In this document: positions 62,953 through 64,000 of the stretch, piece after piece
Layout of the letters: each line of letters begins with the position of its first letter
How positions within the stretch are numbered: position 1 is the stretch's first letter
Assembly (NCBI RefSeq): GCF_006345805.1
Contig: NC_043006.1
Location: 58,032,001 to 58,096,000 of the forward strand
Direction of reading: 5' to 3'
DNA: 64,000 nucleotides
DNA from: Octopus sinensis
Taxonomy: Eukaryota
Notes under the pieces: model-generated
Database searches by the model: none
What the model saw: only the letters and a program-made list of their open reading frames with translations
Told to the model about the DNA's origin: nothing
Program-made: the position numbers and the translations under genes

Positions 62953-62996
62953 TTGATGAAATAGTTCCACTAGCTATTGAAACGACCGTAACCTTT
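62953..62996 (+). ncRNA. Degenerate type I hammerhead motif
   Basis: TTGATGA AATAGTT CCACT AGCTATT GAA ACGACCGT A: 7-bp stem II, near-palindromic stem III, poor stem I. Confidence 0.45.
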
Positions 62997-63299
62997 AATA
63001 AAGTTATGTTATACCATCTGCGTTCATTCGTCTATTTACTATTATACTCTGCGATAAATGCACCCAATGATTGATTAGTAAATGTGCTTCGATTTAAAGT
63101 CTATAATAAACGTCCTGTGGATTCAATGAAGATAGATTCTGAATTATCTCCCTTGACATTCTGATAACCAGGTTTGCTACATGGTATACTTGCTGACTGA
63201 AATATTCGCCGGAATTTTCTCAATCTCTAGTTGTCCGTACTATGTGTGTGCATTTGTGTGCTTTTGTTTTATTTGTGTGCGCGTTTATGTGAGTAGATT

Positions 63300-63300
63300 C

Positions 63301-63389
<89 letters not shown>

Positions 63390-63460
63390 TGTAGATATGT
63401 AGATATGTAGATAGATAGAGACAGACAGACAGACAGACAGACAGATAGATAGATAGATAA

Positions 63461-63537
<77 letters not shown>

Positions 63538-63574
63538 CAGATAGACAAACAGACAGATCGACTGGCAGGTAGAC

Positions 63575-63637
<63 letters not shown>

Positions 63638-63682
63638 CAAACAGACAAACAGACAAACAGACAGATCGACTGGCAGGCAGAC

Positions 63683-63737
<55 letters not shown>

Positions 63738-63762
63738 CAGACAGATAGACGGACAGACAGAC
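63300..63762 (+). repeat. (GACA)n/(GATA)n compound microsatellite
   Basis: Seen directly; a similar array lies at 62125-62325. Confidence 0.95.
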
Positions 63763-64000
63763 GCATGGTTGGTTTTCCCAGTTGTGATCGATATTTTCCC
63801 TCTAAATCTCTGTTAAAGGACCAGCCGCACATTCAAAAAAATTGTGTAGGAATACTTCACGTAATCTTATGATGTTATTACATTTGCTGTTGATTTTATA
63901 CATGTAATGTACTCGATTTTCACTTTACTGTTCAGTAGGTGTTGTGCAAATGACATTATGCGACACTCAAATGCGAGTTAACGAATAGATGACCGCATTT

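Overview
AT-rich animal (metazoan) genomic DNA made almost entirely of microsatellites and decayed transposons. The SINE and repeat repertoire looks like an octopod cephalopod genome; this is inference from recall, not a search. I found no confidently supported host protein-coding gene, rRNA, true tRNA or CRISPR array, and most listed ORFs are microsatellite or antisense artefacts. Recognisable elements are: a near-intact Buster/Charlie-type hAT transposon (35788-38161, perfect 8-bp TSD, two frameshifts); a near full-length decayed RTE LINE (about 43655-47915) plus fragments; R4/Dong-type, Tx1-like and CR1-like LINE relics; several Penelope-like element (PLE) relics; mariner, Chapaev3-like and Helitron-like relics; MITEs; and about 20 tRNA-derived SINE copies. 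The most interesting signal is about nine type I hammerhead ribozyme (HHR) motifs, found by hand, in non-coding PLE/retrozyme-like repeats. Most have self-complementary stem III sequences. One with an intact core (21127-21205) lies inside a 501-bp unit bounded by 120-bp direct repeats, the architecture expected from retrotransposition of a ribozyme-bearing, possibly circular, RNA. Other notable items are a 107-bp near-perfect fold-back hairpin inside a TSD-flanked insertion, SINEs showing four-way module shuffling, and a tandem duplication with a chimeric middle repeat. All alignments and folds were done by eye, and element boundaries are approximate unless a TSD or TIR is quoted.
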